Assembly: GCA_964411615.1 (NCBI GenBank) | Contig: CAYPLO010000003.1 | Span: 1-30,820 of the forward strand | DNA from: an uncultured Aquificales bacterium | GTDB lineage: Bacteria > Thermosulfidibacterota > Thermosulfidibacteria > Thermosulfidibacterales > Thermosulfidibacteraceae | Length of the DNA: 30,820 bases | Direction of reading: 5' to 3' | Shown here: piece after piece, positions 9,798-21,392 of the stretch | Layout: each line of letters opens with the position of its first letter | How positions within the stretch are numbered: the stretch's first letter is position 1 | The notes under the pieces: generated by a model | The model's database searches: none | What the model saw: the letters and a program-made list of their open reading frames with translations, nothing else | What the model was told of the DNA's origin: nothing | Made by a program: the position numbers and the translations under genes

Positions 9798-11090
9798 ATG
9801 AAGGCCCTGCTCATAAAAGGGGGGAGGGTTATAGACCCCGCCACCAACAGGGATGAGACTGCCGATGTCCTCATTGAGGGGGATAGGGTGGTGCGTATTG
9901 CCCCCGGTATAGAGGCTCAGGAGCGGATGGAGGTGATTGATGCCTCAGGCAAGTGGGTGATACCTGGGCTTGTGGACCTGCACGTCCACTTCAGGGACCC
10001 CGGGTACGAGTACAAGGAGGATATAGAGACGGGGTGCATGGCCGCCGTTGCGGGTGGCTTCACCACCGTCTGCTGCAAGGCCAACACGAACCCTGTCAAC
10101 GATACGGGGGCCATCACTAAGTACATGGTGGAGAAGGCCAAGGCGGTGGGGCTCTGCCATCTGCACCCTGTGGGAGCCGTGAGCAAGGGGCTCAGGGGAG
10201 AGGAGTTGGCAGAGATAGGGGATATGGTGGAGAACGGTGCGGTTGCGGTCTCCGACGATGGCAACCCTGTATGGAACTCGGAGCTCATGAGAAGGGCCCT
10301 TGAGTACACCAAGCACTTCGGAATCCCCGTTGTGGACCACTGTGAGGACAAAACCCTCTCAAGGGACGGCGTGGTACATGAGGGCAGGTACTCGGCCATC
10401 ACCGGTCTTAAGGGCATCCCGGCCTCCGCCGAGGAGGTTATGGTGGCAAGGGATGTGATACTCGCAAAGGAGACAGGGGGACTTCTGCACTTAGACCACA
10501 TATCCACGTCAGGCTCTGTGAAGCTTATTGAGTGGGCCAAGGAGCAGGGGGTAAACGTTACATGCGAGGTCACCCCACATCATCTTGCCCTTACAGATGA
10601 GGTGATAACCACCTTTGACACCGACACCAAGGTGAATCCGCCCCTGAGGGGGGAGGAACACGTTGAGGCGGTGAGGGATGCCCTGAGAAGGGGGATTATA
10701 GACGCCATAGCCACGGACCACGCCCCCCACGGGCGCATAGATAAGGATGTAGAATACACAGAAGCCGCCTTTGGCATCTCCGGTCTTGAGACGGCCCTCG
10801 GGGTGGTTCTGAAACTGGTAGAGGAGGGGGTTATTCCTCTGATGAGGGCCCTTGAGGCCATGACGGTGGTTCCAGCCCGCATATTCAACCTGGATGCGGG
10901 AAGGCTGGCAGAGGGCGAAAGGGCCGACATAGCCATTGTGGACCCCAAAGCTGAATGGACGGTGGAGCCGGAGAGGTTCTTTTCAAAGGGGAAGAATACT
11001 CCATTCAAGGGATGGCGCTTGAAGGGGAAGGTCTTTGCCACTATAGTCTCAGGAAAGGTGGTATACATGGACGGGGAGATAAGAAGATGA
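9798..11090 (+). CDS. pyrC: Dihydroorotase (long, class I type)
   Basis: [50 protein letters not shown] before ATG 9798. Confidence 0.95.
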   Translation: MKALLIKGGRVIDPATNRDETADVLIEGDRVVRIAPGIEAQERMEVIDASGKWVIPGLVDLHVHFRDPGYEYKEDIETGCMAAVAGGFTTVCCKANTNPVNDTGAITKYMVEKAKAVGLCHLHPVGAVSKGLRGEELAEIGDMVENGAVAVSDDGNPVWNSELMRRALEYTKHFGIPVVDHCEDKTLSRDGVVHEGRYSAITGLKGIPASAEEVMVARDVILAKETGGLLHLDHISTSGSVKLIEWAKEQGVNVTCEVTPHHLALTDEVITTFDTDTKVNPPLRGEEHVEAVRDALRRGIIDAIATDHAPHGRIDKDVEYTEAAFGISGLETALGVVLKLVEEGVIPLMRALEAMTVVPARIFNLDAGRLAEGERADIAIVDPKAEWTVEPERFFSKGKNTPFKGWRLKGKVFATIVSGKVVYMDGEIRR

Positions 11091-12208
11091 AGAAGGCCAT
11101 GCTTGCCCTTGAAGACGGCACCGTCTTTGAAGGCTACAGCTTCGGAGCGGAGGGGGAGACCTGGGGAGAGGTGGTCTTCAACACCGCCATGACGGGATAC
11201 CAGGAGATTCTCACAGACCCATCCTATAAAGGACAGATAGTGACCATGACCTATCCCCTCATAGGCAACTACGGGATAAACAGCGAAGACGTTGAGTCTG
11301 TAAGGCCTTGGGTTGAAGGGTTCGTGGTGAAGGAGCCCAGTGCCATAGCCAGCAACTGGAGGGCGGAGAAGACCCTTGACGAGTACCTCAAAGAGCACCG
11401 GATAGTGGGGATAGCCGGGATAGATACCAGGGAACTCACCAAAAGGCTCAGGGAGGTGGGCTCCCAGATGGGCATCATCTCCACAGAAGAGGACGACCCA
11501 GAAAGGCTGGTGGAAAGGGCCCGGAAATTACCCAAGATAGTGGGAAGGGACCTGGTGAAGGAAGTGACCTGCAGAGAGCCCTACAGCTGGAACCAGGGGG
11601 ACTGGGAGCTTGGGACCGGCTACAGAAAAGTGACCGATAAGAGATATAAAGTTGTGGTCTACGACTTTGGAGTTAAATTCAACATCCTGAGGATGCTGGC
11701 AGAGGCCGGCTTTGACATAACGGTGGTTCCGGCTCATACCCCTGCCGAGGACGTGTTGGAGATGAAACCCGATGGGGTGTTCCTCTCCAACGGACCGGGA
11801 GACCCCGAACCTGTGACCTACGCCATAGAGAACATAAAAAGGCTTGTGGGCAGAGTCCCCATATGCGGCATATGCTTGGGGCACCAGCTACTGGGGCTGG
11901 CCTTAGGAGGGAAAACCTACAAGCTCAAATTCGGACATCACGGGGCCAACCATCCGGTCAAGGACTTGACCACCGGCAGGATAGAGATAACCTCCCAGAA
12001 CCACAACTTCGTGGTTGACCCCGACAGCATCCCCGGAGAGGTGGAGATAACCCATGTGAACCTCAACGACCACACCGTTGAGGGGCTCAGACATAAGGGT
12101 ATACCCGCCTTCTCCGTGCAGTTTCACCCTGAGGCCTCACCGGGACCCCACGACTCCAGAAACATATTCGGCAGATTCGCCCGTTTGATAGAAGAGTTCA
12201 GGGGTTGA
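11087..12208 (+). CDS. carA: Carbamoyl-phosphate synthase small subunit
   Basis: GEVVFNTAMTGYQE, LSNGPGDP, GICLGHQ, QFHPEASPGP. Start at ATG 11087 (ATGA overlap with the pyrC stop). Confidence 0.96.
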   Translation: MKKAMLALEDGTVFEGYSFGAEGETWGEVVFNTAMTGYQEILTDPSYKGQIVTMTYPLIGNYGINSEDVESVRPWVEGFVVKEPSAIASNWRAEKTLDEYLKEHRIVGIAGIDTRELTKRLREVGSQMGIISTEEDDPERLVERARKLPKIVGRDLVKEVTCREPYSWNQGDWELGTGYRKVTDKRYKVVVYDFGVKFNILRMLAEAGFDITVVPAHTPAEDVLEMKPDGVFLSNGPGDPEPVTYAIENIKRLVGRVPICGICLGHQLLGLALGGKTYKLKFGHHGANHPVKDLTTGRIEITSQNHNFVVDPDSIPGEVEITHVNLNDHTVEGLRHKGIPAFSVQFHPEASPGPHDSRNIFGRFARLIEEFRG

Positions 12209-12266
12209 TTTGACAGAACAAAGGTGTTAATTGCTGCCCTCTGATAACAGGCAGGAGGTGTCTCTT

Positions 12267-12467
12267 ATGCCCAAGATGAAGACCAACAAGAGTGCAGCCA
12301 AGAGGTTCAAGGTGACCGGTAAAGGAAAGGTTAAGAGGATGAGGGCCAACAAGAGCCACCTCAACGAGGAGAAGCCCTCCAAGAGGAAGAGGAGGCTCAG
12401 AAGGCCCACACTGCTTGCAAAAGAGGAGATGAAGAGGGTCAGACGACTTCTCCCCTACGCATTCTAA
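12267..12467 (+). CDS. rpmI: 50S ribosomal protein L35
   Basis: MPKMKTNKSAAKRFKVTGKGK...LLPY; AGGAGG SD. Confidence 0.96.
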   Translation: MPKMKTNKSAAKRFKVTGKGKVKRMRANKSHLNEEKPSKRKRRLRRPTLLAKEEMKRVRRLLPYAF

Positions 12468-12479
12468 GGAGGTACGGCC

Positions 12480-12845
12480 ATGAGGGTAAAGGGAGGACCC
12501 AAAACCCGCTGGAGAAGGAAGAAGTGGCTTAAGATGGCCAAGGGCTACTGGGGGGCCAAGAGCCGCTGCTACAGCATAGCCAAGCAGACGGTTATAAAGG
12601 CCCTAACCTACGCCTACAGGGACAGGAAGGTCAGAAAGAGGGAGTTCAGAAGGCTCTGGATACTCAGGATAAACGCAGCGGCCAGAAGCCACGGCCTGAA
12701 GTACAGCCAGTTCATACACGGGCTCAAGCTGGCAGGGGTTGAGATAAACAGGAAGATGCTGGCTGAGCTTGCGGTGAACAGCCCCGAAACCTTCAAGTAC
12801 TTAGTGGAGCTGGCAAAGGAGGCCCTTGAGAACAAGGCGGCCTGA
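12480..12845 (+). CDS. rplT: 50S ribosomal protein L20
   Basis: [42 protein letters not shown]. Confidence 0.97.
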   Translation: MRVKGGPKTRWRRKKWLKMAKGYWGAKSRCYSIAKQTVIKALTYAYRDRKVRKREFRRLWILRINAAARSHGLKYSQFIHGLKLAGVEINRKMLAELAVNSPETFKYLVELAKEALENKAA

Positions 12846-13519
12846 TGAAATACTTCGCCGTTATAGGCATCGGGCGATTCGGCTACAGCGTCGCCAAGAC
12901 CCTTTCGGAGATGGGCTGTCAGGTTCTTGCCATAGACAACTCGGAGGAGAACCTGAGGCAGCTTGAGGGGCTGGTGACCCAGGTTGTCCAGGCCGACGCC
13001 ACCGACGAGAAGGCGCTGAGGGCCGCAGGGATAAAGGATGTGGATGCTGCCATAGTGGCCATAGGACAGAACATGGAGGCAAGCATCCTCATATCCCTGA
13101 TTCTGAGGGACATAGGGGTACCCTACATAGTCTCCAAGGCCACCAACAGGCTCCACGCAAGGGTCCTTGAGAAGATAGGCTGTGACAGGGTTGTCCTGCC
13201 AGAGGAGGAGATGGGAGTGAGGGTGGCCCGCTCCTTGGTATCCCCCAACATCGTTGATGAGCTGGACCTGTCAGAGCAGGTGAGGATATACGAACTGAAG
13301 GTCCCCTCTGTGATGTCGGGTAAAAGCTTAGGAGAGCTGGACTTCAGGAAAAGGTTCGGTATGAACGTGGTGGCCGTCAGGGCCCAGGACGGGAAGCTGA
13401 ACACATCACCAAACGCCGATACGGTACTGAAGGAGGGGGATACCATATTCGTCCTCGGGGAGGAGGCAAGCATAGAGCGCTTTGACAAGCAGGTCCAGAA
13501 ACTGGAGAAGAGAAGATGA
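12845..13519 (+). CDS. ktrA: KtrA/TrkA family K+ uptake regulatory (RCK) subunit
   Basis: VIGIGRFG Rossmann motif, [18 protein letters not shown], and a C-terminal RCK_C domain. Confidence 0.88.
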   Translation: MKYFAVIGIGRFGYSVAKTLSEMGCQVLAIDNSEENLRQLEGLVTQVVQADATDEKALRAAGIKDVDAAIVAIGQNMEASILISLILRDIGVPYIVSKATNRLHARVLEKIGCDRVVLPEEEMGVRVARSLVSPNIVDELDLSEQVRIYELKVPSVMSGKSLGELDFRKRFGMNVVAVRAQDGKLNTSPNADTVLKEGDTIFVLGEEASIERFDKQVQKLEKRR

Positions 13520-14535
13520 GGGAGGCACTTGAACAACTGAAGGAGAAGGCCCTTTCCGAGCTGAGGAGACTGGATAGTCTCAAGGCCCTCAAGGACTTCA
13601 GGGTGAAGTTTCTGGGTAAGAAGGGGGAGTTAACACAGCTTCTCAAGAGAATGAGGGAACTTGCACCTGAGGAGAGGCCCGCCTTCGGAAGGCTCATCAA
13701 TGAGCTAAAGGAGACCCTTGAAGGGCTCATAGCCGAGAAGGAGAGGGAGCTGAAGGAGCTTGAGAAGAGGAAGAGGCTGGAGAGGGAGAGGATAGATATA
13801 ACCCTTCCCGGAAGAAGGCCCTCCATAGGAGTGCTCCACCCCGTAACGCTGGTGATGGAGGAGATAGTCGATGTGTTTGTCTCCATGGGATTTCAGATAG
13901 CCGAAGGGCCAGAGATAGAGGAGGACTACTACAACTTTGAGGCGCTCAACATACCCCCCGACCACCCCGCCAGGGACATGCAGGATACCTTCTACATAGA
14001 TGGTAAGAGGCTCCTCAGGACCCACACCTCTCCCGTCCAGATAAGGGTTATGGAGAAGTACCCTCTGCCCATCAGGATAATCGCACCGGGAAGAGTTTAC
14101 AGGAGAGACTTTGACGTATCACACACCCCAATGTTCCACCAGGTTGAGGGGCTTCTGGTTGACGAGAAGGTCACCTTTGCAGAGCTCAAGGGGACCCTTG
14201 AGGAGTTCGCAAGGAGGGTCTTCGGCGAAGAGACCAAGGTGAGGTTCAGGCCAAGCTTCTTCCCCTTCACAGAGCCGAGCGCCGAGATGGATATAGGATG
14301 CGTAATCTGTAAAGGTTCAGGATGCAGGGTCTGCAAGGGCACGGGATGGCTTGAGATTTTGGGATGTGGCATGGTGGACCCGGAGGTCTTCAAGAGCGTA
14401 AACTACGACCCCGATAAGGTGACAGGCTACGCCTTTGGACTGGGGGTTGAGAGGATAGCCATGCTCAAGTACGGCATAGACGATATAAGGCTCTTCTTTG
14501 AGAACGACCTCAGGTTCCTTTCCCAGTTCAGGTAG
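13516..14535 (+). CDS. pheS: Phenylalanine--tRNA ligase alpha subunit
   Basis: [50 protein letters not shown]. Confidence 0.98.
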   Translation: MREALEQLKEKALSELRRLDSLKALKDFRVKFLGKKGELTQLLKRMRELAPEERPAFGRLINELKETLEGLIAEKERELKELEKRKRLERERIDITLPGRRPSIGVLHPVTLVMEEIVDVFVSMGFQIAEGPEIEEDYYNFEALNIPPDHPARDMQDTFYIDGKRLLRTHTSPVQIRVMEKYPLPIRIIAPGRVYRRDFDVSHTPMFHQVEGLLVDEKVTFAELKGTLEEFARRVFGEETKVRFRPSFFPFTEPSAEMDIGCVICKGSGCRVCKGTGWLEILGCGMVDPEVFKSVNYDPDKVTGYAFGLGVERIAMLKYGIDDIRLFFENDLRFLSQFR

Positions 14536-14546
14536 AGGGGGATGCT

Positions 14547-16949
14547 GTGAGGGTTCTGTTCAGTGTTCTCAACAGGTTCGTTGATGTCTCCGACCTGAAC
14601 CCGCAGGATGTGGCCGAGAGGCTCACAATGGCGGGCCTTGAGGTGGAGGGGGTTGAGTACTTAGGAGATGCCCTCAACAACTGTGTAGTGGCCGTTATAG
14701 AGGATGTGGAGGAGCATCCTGATAGCAAGAAGCTCAAGGTCCTCAAGGTCCACACGGGCAGGGAGCAGCTACAGGTGGTATGCGGTGCCCCCAACGTGGA
14801 GAAGGGGCTCAAGGTGGCACTGGCCCTTCCCGGAGCTCGCCTTCCCAACGGTTTCGCCGTTGAGGCCACCCACATAAGGGGGGTAAAATCCGAAGGCATG
14901 CTGATTTCAGAGATAGAGCTGGACCTGGTTGAAGAGACCTGGGGGATACTTGAGTTACCCAACGAGGCTGCACCGGGGGAGCCCTTAGCCAGGTGGGTCC
15001 ACATGGACGATTACGTCCTTGAAGTCTCACCAACCCCCAACAGGGGAGACTGTTTCGGAGTGCTGGGGGTGGCCAGGGAGGTGGCCGCCGTATACGGAAG
15101 GGAGTTGAGGATACCGCCTGTGAACATCCCGGAGGAGCTTGAGGAGACGGAGAGATACATATCCGTTGAGATAGAGGAGCCGGACCTGTGCCCGAGGTAC
15201 ACGGCAAGGTACGTAGAGGGGGTGAGGGTAGGGGAGTCCCCCCTGTGGCTAAAGGTGGCGGTAAAGGCCTTCGGAATGCGTCCCATCTCCAATGTGGTGG
15301 ATGTGACCAACTACGTTCTCATGGAGCTGGGACATCCCCTGCACGCCTTTGACCACTCAAGGCTGAAGGACTCAAAGATAGTGGTCAGAAGGGCGAGGGA
15401 AGGCGAGTACATAGTCACCTTAGACGGCGAATACAGGGAACTTGACACAGACACTCTGGTGATAGCCGATGGACAGAGGCCCGTGGCAATAGCAGGGGTC
15501 ATGGGAGGGGCAAACTCTGAGGTGGCAGGCTCAACAACCGCCGTGCTTCTGGAGAGTGCCTACTTCAACCCCGTAAGCATAAGGAGGACCTCAAAGAGGC
15601 TTGGGCTGTCCACAGAGGCCTCCAAGAGGTTTGAGAGGGGAACGGATATAGAAGGCCTGGTTTACGCCTCCAATAGGGCGGTGGAGCTGATACTGGAGGT
15701 GGCTGGGGGCAAAGTTTCAAAGGGCCTGCTGGATGTGTACCCCAGACCCTATCAGAAGAGAAGGGTGGTCCTCAGCTTTGAAAGGCTCAACAACCTGCTG
15801 GGGGTGGAGGTTCCACCCCAGGAGGCTAAAGAGATACTGGGCCACCTTGGCTTTTCTGTAAGCGAAGAGAAGGACCGGATAGAGGTGGAGGTCCCCCCCT
15901 TCAGGAGCCTCGATATCACGAGAGATGTGGACCTGGTGGAGGAGATTGCAAGGGTCTGGGGATACCACAGAATCCCCTCACAGATGCCCGCCCAGAGGAT
16001 ACCCCACTACACCATAGATTCCCTGTACCCGCTGTCCAGGAAGGTCAGGGGAATGCTGACAGCCTGCGGTCTCACAGAGGCTCTGAACTACAGCTTCATA
16101 TCCGCCCAGGACTACGAAAGGCTCCTGTTGAGGGAAGACGACCAAAGAATGAGTTATGTTGAGCTTCTGAATCCTCTAAGCGAAGAGATGGCGGTGATGA
16201 GGACCTTGCTGTTGCCCGGACTCATCAGAACGGTCCAGCGCAACCAGAGGGTCAGGATATACGACGGTGCGTTCTTTGAGATAGGGAAGGTCTTTTTCAG
16301 AAGGGGAGAAGGGATAGAAGAGAAACTTCACTGTGGCATCATCCTTGCCGGAAGAACTCCCGGCCACTGGGATGAAAGGCCCAGAAGATACGATTTCTAC
16401 CACGCCAAGGGTGTTCTCGAGCTGCTATTTGAGAGATTCGGTATATATCCCACATTCAGGCCCACCAAGGAGCCCTTCCTGCATCCCGGACAGGGGGCCG
16501 ATGTGTATGTGGATGGGGATAAGGTAGGCTTTGTTGGGGTTCTGCATCCAGATGTGATTGAGGCCTTTGAGCTTAGGGGGCCTGTGGTTGTGGCAGAGAT
16601 TGACTTAGAGCATCTGAAAAGTGCCTCCACAGAGGTGAAGTACAGGCCCATATCCAAGTTCCCTGAGACCACCAGGGACCTGTCCTTCATAGTGCCCAAA
16701 CAGGTCCCATACAGCAGGGTCCTGGAGGTGATAGAGAGGGTAAGGCCACCTGAGCTCAAGGAGGTGAAACTCATAGACGTCTATCGCTCCCCCGATATGG
16801 GAGAGGACAGGGTGAGTCTCACCCTGTCCTTCACCTTCCTCTCCCACGAGAGGACCCTGTCGGATGAGGAGGTTGACGGCATATTCTGGAAGATAGCAGG
16901 GACCTTAGAAAAAGAGCTTCCCATAACCATAAGGGGAAAGAGAGATTAG
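14547..16949 (+). CDS. pheT: Phenylalanine--tRNA ligase beta subunit
   Basis: VVCGAPN, TPNRGDC, VVDVTNY, RFERG, DLVEEIAR, C-terminal FDX-ACB (FP...RDLS). Confidence 0.97.
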   Translation: MRVLFSVLNRFVDVSDLNPQDVAERLTMAGLEVEGVEYLGDALNNCVVAVIEDVEEHPDSKKLKVLKVHTGREQLQVVCGAPNVEKGLKVALALPGARLPNGFAVEATHIRGVKSEGMLISEIELDLVEETWGILELPNEAAPGEPLARWVHMDDYVLEVSPTPNRGDCFGVLGVAREVAAVYGRELRIPPVNIPEELEETERYISVEIEEPDLCPRYTARYVEGVRVGESPLWLKVAVKAFGMRPISNVVDVTNYVLMELGHPLHAFDHSRLKDSKIVVRRAREGEYIVTLDGEYRELDTDTLVIADGQRPVAIAGVMGGANSEVAGSTTAVLLESAYFNPVSIRRTSKRLGLSTEASKRFERGTDIEGLVYASNRAVELILEVAGGKVSKGLLDVYPRPYQKRRVVLSFERLNNLLGVEVPPQEAKEILGHLGFSVSEEKDRIEVEVPPFRSLDITRDVDLVEEIARVWGYHRIPSQMPAQRIPHYTIDSLYPLSRKVRGMLTACGLTEALNYSFISAQDYERLLLREDDQRMSYVELLNPLSEEMAVMRTLLLPGLIRTVQRNQRVRIYDGAFFEIGKVFFRRGEGIEEKLHCGIILAGRTPGHWDERPRRYDFYHAKGVLELLFERFGIYPTFRPTKEPFLHPGQGADVYVDGDKVGFVGVLHPDVIEAFELRGPVVVAEIDLEHLKSASTEVKYRPISKFPETTRDLSFIVPKQVPYSRVLEVIERVRPPELKEVKLIDVYRSPDMGEDRVSLTLSFTFLSHERTLSDEEVDGIFWKIAGTLEKELPITIRGKRD

Positions 16950-16961
16950 GAGGTGAGGAGC

Positions 16962-17387
16962 ATGGGAAAGGAGAGAACCCTGGCCATAATAAAGCCGGAT
17001 GCGGTGGAGAGGAACCTTATAGGAGAAATCATCAGGGAGATTGAAGGAGCAGGGCTAAAGGTGGTGGCCATGAAGATGATACATCTTACGAAGAGACAGG
17101 CGGAGGGGTTCTACTACGTCCACAGGGAGAAGCCCTTCTTCAACAGTCTAACAGACTACATGTCCTCAGGGCCTGTGGTTGTGATGGTCCTTGAGGGTGA
17201 AGGGGCCATAGAGAAATGGAGAAGGCTCATGGGGGCCACAGACCCACAGAAGGCAGAGGAGGGGACCATAAGAAAGCGCTTCGGAATAAACGTTGAGAGA
17301 AACTCCGTCCACGGTTCAGACTCACCTGAGTCTGCCAAATACGAGATATCCTACTTCTTTAACAGCTTAGAGATAGTGGGCGCATGA
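16962..17387 (+). CDS. ndk: Nucleoside diphosphate kinase
   Basis: [20 protein letters not shown] catalytic His; ATG 16962 after AGGAGG. Confidence 0.96.
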   Translation: MGKERTLAIIKPDAVERNLIGEIIREIEGAGLKVVAMKMIHLTKRQAEGFYYVHREKPFFNSLTDYMSSGPVVVMVLEGEGAIEKWRRLMGATDPQKAEEGTIRKRFGINVERNSVHGSDSPESAKYEISYFFNSLEIVGA

Positions 17388-18229
17388 TAGAGGTCTCAGG
17401 TAAGACCAGGATACTGGGGGTTGTGGGCAACCCCATAGCCCACACCCTCTCCCCAAAGATACACAACCACGCTTACAGGCTTATGGGGATAGATGCCATC
17501 TACATCCCCATTGAGGCCAAGGAGGGGTACATAGAGGAGGTCCTGTCCGGTCTGTGCTTCATGACCAATTTTGTGGGGTTTAACGTCACCATCCCCTTTA
17601 AGGAGAGCGTTGTGAGACACATGGACCTCTGCTCTAAGGAAGCACAGGAGATAGGAGCCGTAAATACCGTAAAGAGGGGAGAGGACAAGCTTATAGGCTA
17701 CAACACCGACTGGCTTGGTTTCAGGGAGGCCTTAAAAGGGCTCGGGGTTGAAAGGCCCCAATCGGCACTGCTTTTGGGGGCAGGTGGAGCCTCAAAGGCC
17801 ATCGCTTACGCCCTTATACAGATGGGCACCAGGGAGCTGTACGTCTCAAACAGAAACCCCACGAACCTTGAGCTCTTCCTTGAGAGATACCCCCAGTTCA
17901 CACCGGTGGAGTGGGACCAGGATGCCTTATCCAGCATCCTTCCAAACGTCCAGCTTGTTGTGAACACGACGTCTCTGGGGATGGACGGTGTATCAATGCC
18001 CCCTGTGGACCTTGAAAGGGCCAGCAGAGACGCCATCATCTACGATGTGATATACAGTCCTCCCGAGACCCCATTGCTGAAGTGGGCAGGGGAGCTTGGA
18101 CTGAAGAGGGCCAACGGCCTTGATATGCTCATCTGGCAGGCCCTGTTTGCCATGGAGATATGGTTCGGCAGGATGCCGGACTTCAACAGCATAAAGGCCC
18201 TACTGGAGGAAGAAGATGCCGCTGGATAG
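17384..18229 (+). CDS. aroE: Shikimate dehydrogenase
   Basis: [38 protein letters not shown]. Confidence 0.94.
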   Translation: MIEVSGKTRILGVVGNPIAHTLSPKIHNHAYRLMGIDAIYIPIEAKEGYIEEVLSGLCFMTNFVGFNVTIPFKESVVRHMDLCSKEAQEIGAVNTVKRGEDKLIGYNTDWLGFREALKGLGVERPQSALLLGAGGASKAIAYALIQMGTRELYVSNRNPTNLELFLERYPQFTPVEWDQDALSSILPNVQLVVNTTSLGMDGVSMPPVDLERASRDAIIYDVIYSPPETPLLKWAGELGLKRANGLDMLIWQALFAMEIWFGRMPDFNSIKALLEEEDAAG

Positions 18230-18746
18230 GGGATACGTTCAGGTGTACACGGGAAACGGTAAGGGCAAGACCACGGCAGCCCTGGGGCTCACCCTGAGGG
18301 CTGTGGGGGCAGGACTTAAGGTCTACATAGCCCAGTTCCTCAAGGGACAGGACTACAGCGAGATAAAGTGCCTGAATGAGAGGTTTTCCGATAGCGTTAA
18401 GGTGGAGCAGTTCGGAACCCCCAGATTCGTGACCACAGGGAGCATAACGGAAGAGGACCTGGAACTGGCCAAGGAGGCCCTGAGGAAGATAAAGGAGGCC
18501 ATGAACTCGGGGGAGTACGACATAGTCATAATGGAGGAGGCAAACGTGGCGGCTTACCTGGGCCTCATAACCCCGGAGGACATACTGGACATCATCAGGA
18601 ATAAGCCCGAGAAGGTTGAGCTTGTGATAACGGGAAGGTACGCACCGGAGGAGGTGATTGAGGCCGCCGACCTGGTCACGGAGATGAAAGAGGTGAAACA
18701 CTACTACACGAAGGGGGTCCAGGCGAGGGTAGGAATAGAGAAGTAG
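18216..18746 (+). CDS. cobO: Cob(I)yrinic acid a,c-diamide adenosyltransferase (CobA/CobO/BtuR type)
   Basis: VYTGNGKGKTTAALG, QFLKG, LVITGR, ADLVTEM, ARVGIE. Confidence 0.92.
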   Translation: MPLDRGYVQVYTGNGKGKTTAALGLTLRAVGAGLKVYIAQFLKGQDYSEIKCLNERFSDSVKVEQFGTPRFVTTGSITEEDLELAKEALRKIKEAMNSGEYDIVIMEEANVAAYLGLITPEDILDIIRNKPEKVELVITGRYAPEEVIEAADLVTEMKEVKHYYTKGVQARVGIEK

Positions 18747-19802
18747 TCAAACCTCCCCTTCCACAACCAGTCTCTCAAGCTTCCTTATATCCTCCCTGCT
18801 TCCCAGCACTATCAGTAAATCCCCCGGATTGAGAACCTCGGTAGGCTCTGGGCTCTTTATGATTTTGCCATCCTTCACCATGGCCACAATGATGGCACCT
18901 GTTCTCTTCCTCAGCTCAAGCTCCAGTATGCTCTTGCCACACACAGGGGAGTCCTCCGGAACCCTCACCTCCTCCATGAGGAACTGTATATCTCTGCCTG
19001 TGGTGGCAAGCTCCACGAAATCCGCAACAACGGGTCTTATAGCCGCCTGTGCCATCCTCACAGCCCCGATAATATGAGGGGCTATCACCTTGTCGGCTCC
19101 GGCTTTTAGAAGCTTCCTCTGGTTCCTGTAGTCGTTGGCCCTGGCCACCACCATCACCTCTGGGTTCAGCTCCTTGGCGGTTATGGTGAGAAACATGTTA
19201 TCTGCATCATCTCCGAGGGCGGCGATAACCGCCCTGGCGTATCTTATATTGGCCCTCTCAAGGACCTCGTTATCGGTGGTATCCTGGTGGATAAAGAGAT
19301 AGCCCTTTGACTCGGCGAGGTTCACCCTCTCCGGGTCATCGTCTATAACCACAAAGGGAACCCCCTCCTTCTCAAGCTCCTCACATATCTTCTCCCCAAC
19401 CCTCCCAAAGCCACACACAATCACATGGTCCCTCAGTCTCTTCATCAATCTCCTCCTCTTCCTGGCGTCAAAGAGCTTTCTCATCTCCCCCTCAACCATG
19501 AACTGGGAGAAGCTGGTGGCAGCGTAGGCAAAGGTTCCTACTCCAGATACAATCAGGAATGAGGTGAACAGCTTACCCTCGGGGCTCAGGGGCTTCACCT
19601 CACCAAATCCTACAGTGGACAGGGTTATAACCGTCATATAAAAGGCATCAAGAAGACTCATCCTCTCTATAACAACAAACCCAATAACCCCCGCTACGAA
19701 GACGGTGAGTCCTGCGGCAACAACGATGAGTATCCTGTTTTTGAGCCTTCTTGTGAACTGCTCTAAATGGTAAGCTTCCCATTCCCCATGATGTCTAACC
19801 AT
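18747..19802 (-). CDS. Two-TM potassium channel with RCK_N/RCK_C domains (MthK/Kch-like)
   Basis: TLSTVGFG selectivity filter between two TM helices; [13 protein letters not shown]-terminal RCK_C. Confidence 0.92.
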   Translation of the reverse strand: MVRHHGEWEAYHLEQFTRRLKNRILIVVAAGLTVFVAGVIGFVVIERMSLLDAFYMTVITLSTVGFGEVKPLSPEGKLFTSFLIVSGVGTFAYAATSFSQFMVEGEMRKLFDARKRRRLMKRLRDHVIVCGFGRVGEKICEELEKEGVPFVVIDDDPERVNLAESKGYLFIHQDTTDNEVLERANIRYARAVIAALGDDADNMFLTITAKELNPEVMVVARANDYRNQRKLLKAGADKVIAPHIIGAVRMAQAAIRPVVADFVELATTGRDIQFLMEEVRVPEDSPVCGKSILELELRKRTGAIIVAMVKDGKIIKSPEPTEVLNPGDLLIVLGSREDIRKLERLVVEGEV

Positions 19803-20845
19803 CTCCCCTTCACCTTCAACCTCAAAGTGGGTCTGAACACCACGTAGTCTTGATGGAAACTGGCCTTGGTTCTTCCTCCAAAGGAGTGGTTGTCGCCAAA
19901 GGCTATGTGTATGGTCCCGAGAATCTTCTCCGCCTCTAAGATGTTGTCTGGCCTTGACGCCTTGGGGTTTGTCCCTATACCGAGCTCTGCCACGTTGGAG
20001 GCATTCTCAACCTTACTGAAAACCTCCTCAAGGAACCTGACGTGCTCATCCTCCCCCTCAACCTTCACCACCCGTCCCCTCTCTATCTTAAAGCTCATAG
20101 GGGAAGAGAGCCTTCTTGTGGGAGCCCACTCAACGGTCAAAACCCCTTCAGCGGTCCCCTCAACCGGGGCTATGAAGGCCTCGCCGGCGGGCAGATTGCT
20201 AAAGGAACCAGGACGGCTCAAATCTCCCGTATCGGCAAGCCCCTCCCTTCCCGCCAAGGACATCCGAAGATGTGTTCCCTCGGCTTTAATCTCCGCCTCC
20301 TCAGCCTCACAGAGAAGGGAGGCAAGTCTTTCTGTAAGGGGAGCCAGTTCCCCCGGAGGAACCGAGGCGGAACCCTCAAGCATCCATCTTCTGAATAGAG
20401 GCATACTGGCGTATCTCGTTCCCAGCGCGTTTAGGAGCTTTCTGAAAGTAGTGTGGGAGGTTGAGAAGTAGGGAAGGGCCACCACAAAGGATGGAACAAC
20501 ATCTCTGTAAGGCTCTGCCAGCTCGCAGAGAACCTCCCACGGAACCTCCCTCTTTTCAAGAATGGGCTCCCACAGTCCCTCACTCTTGAGTCTGCTCACA
20601 AACGCATCTCCAAAGGCCTTACTCCACACATCCTCAGGGGGCTCCATGCCGTGCTTACCAAGGGAGGGGTAAATCACAAGCTCCGCCTCAACCCCGAGCC
20701 CCCTGGCGGCTTCAAGAAATGCCCTGGCTATCTCTTGCTGCTCCCCATCAAAATCATCGGCAAGGATAAGAGCCCTTTCTCCCTTCTCAGCGGCAAAGTT
20801 GTTCACAAGCACACCTTTGGCACGTTCAACAATGCTCCTGTCCAT
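19763..20845 (-). CDS. Thermophilic metallopeptidase / aminopeptidase (M29-like)
   Basis: [38 protein letters not shown]; start at ATG 20845 (GGAGG SD). Confidence 0.85.
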   Translation of the reverse strand: MDRSIVERAKGVLVNNFAAEKGERALILADDFDGEQQEIARAFLEAARGLGVEAELVIYPSLGKHGMEPPEDVWSKAFGDAFVSRLKSEGLWEPILEKREVPWEVLCELAEPYRDVVPSFVVALPYFSTSHTTFRKLLNALGTRYASMPLFRRWMLEGSASVPPGELAPLTERLASLLCEAEEAEIKAEGTHLRMSLAGREGLADTGDLSRPGSFSNLPAGEAFIAPVEGTAEGVLTVEWAPTRRLSSPMSFKIERGRVVKVEGEDEHVRFLEEVFSKVENASNVAELGIGTNPKASRPDNILEAEKILGTIHIAFGDNHSFGGRTKASFHQDYVVFRPTLRLKVKGRWLDIMGNGKLTI

Positions 20846-20897
20846 GCCCGCACCTCCCACCCCAGGATAAGCACACGAAACTGTTTTGACAATGCCC

Positions 20898-20926
20898 TTG
20901 ACTTTTACCTCAAAGCTTTTTATTTT
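20898..20926 (+). promoter_or_regulatory. Candidate sigma70 promoter for the Rrf2 gene, with an overlapping TTGA-N8-TCAA dyad
   Basis: TTGACT (20898-20903), 17 nt, TATTTT (20921-20926) in an AT-rich divergent gap. Confidence 0.5.
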
Positions 20927-20954
20927 TATAAAAAAAGTGTGAGAGGTGAAAATA

Positions 20955-21392
20955 ATGTTTATAACAAGACAAGCCGATTACGCCATCAGAATAATGATAT
21001 ACCTTGCACACAATACGGGGAAGACCTTAACCGTTAGCTACCTTGCCCAGAAGACCAACGTTCCAAAGTCCTTTCTCCCCAGGATAATATCCACCCTGGC
21101 CAACAGGAGGCTGGTGATAACGGAGAAGGGGAAGAAGGGCGGGGTGAGGCTTGCAAGGAAGCCCGAAGAGGTTACCATATACGATGTGATAGAAGCCATA
21201 GATGGAGTCCCGGTCATGAATGTATGTGTGGACTGGGACGATGCCTGTCCTTACACTGAGTACTGCAAGATGCACAAACTGTGGAAGGAGCTCCAGGAGC
21301 AGATAGAGAAGAGACTAAAAAGCACCACCCTTGCCGATGTCATCGTTGACTACGGTGCGCTAACCGCTCAAGAAGAAGGGCAAGGGTCCTGA
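20955..21392 (+). CDS. Rrf2 family transcriptional regulator with Fe-S ligand motif
   Basis: ITRQADYAIR, KGKKGGVRLAR, TIYDVIEAIDG, C-x6-C-x5-C-x2-H (CVDWDDACPYTEYCKMH); ATG 20955 after GAGG. Confidence 0.92.
   Translation: MFITRQADYAIRIMIYLAHNTGKTLTVSYLAQKTNVPKSFLPRIISTLANRRLVITEKGKKGGVRLARKPEEVTIYDVIEAIDGVPVMNVCVDWDDACPYTEYCKMHKLWKELQEQIEKRLKSTTLADVIVDYGALTAQEEGQGS

Noticed and set aside
10955..11086. N-terminal extensions of carA (and likewise coaBC, yjbQ, rpmI, cheY) in the ORF track
   Set aside because: Downstream starts have SD sequences and match the family N-termini; the extensions overlap neighbouring genes or promoters
12205..12232. TTGACA upstream of rpmI as a promoter
   Set aside because: No -10 hexamer at 16-18 nt spacing from TTGACA; the alternative TTGATT/TTAATT pair is too weak to call
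14299..14336. [12 protein letters not shown]ys cluster in PheS as a novelty
   Set aside because: This Cys-rich insertion is common in many bacterial PheS proteins
18740..18760. Intrinsic terminator between convergent cobO and the K+ channel gene
   Set aside because: The stop codons abut (18746/18747) with no hairpin or U-tract; no convincing Rho-independent terminator was seen anywhere in the window
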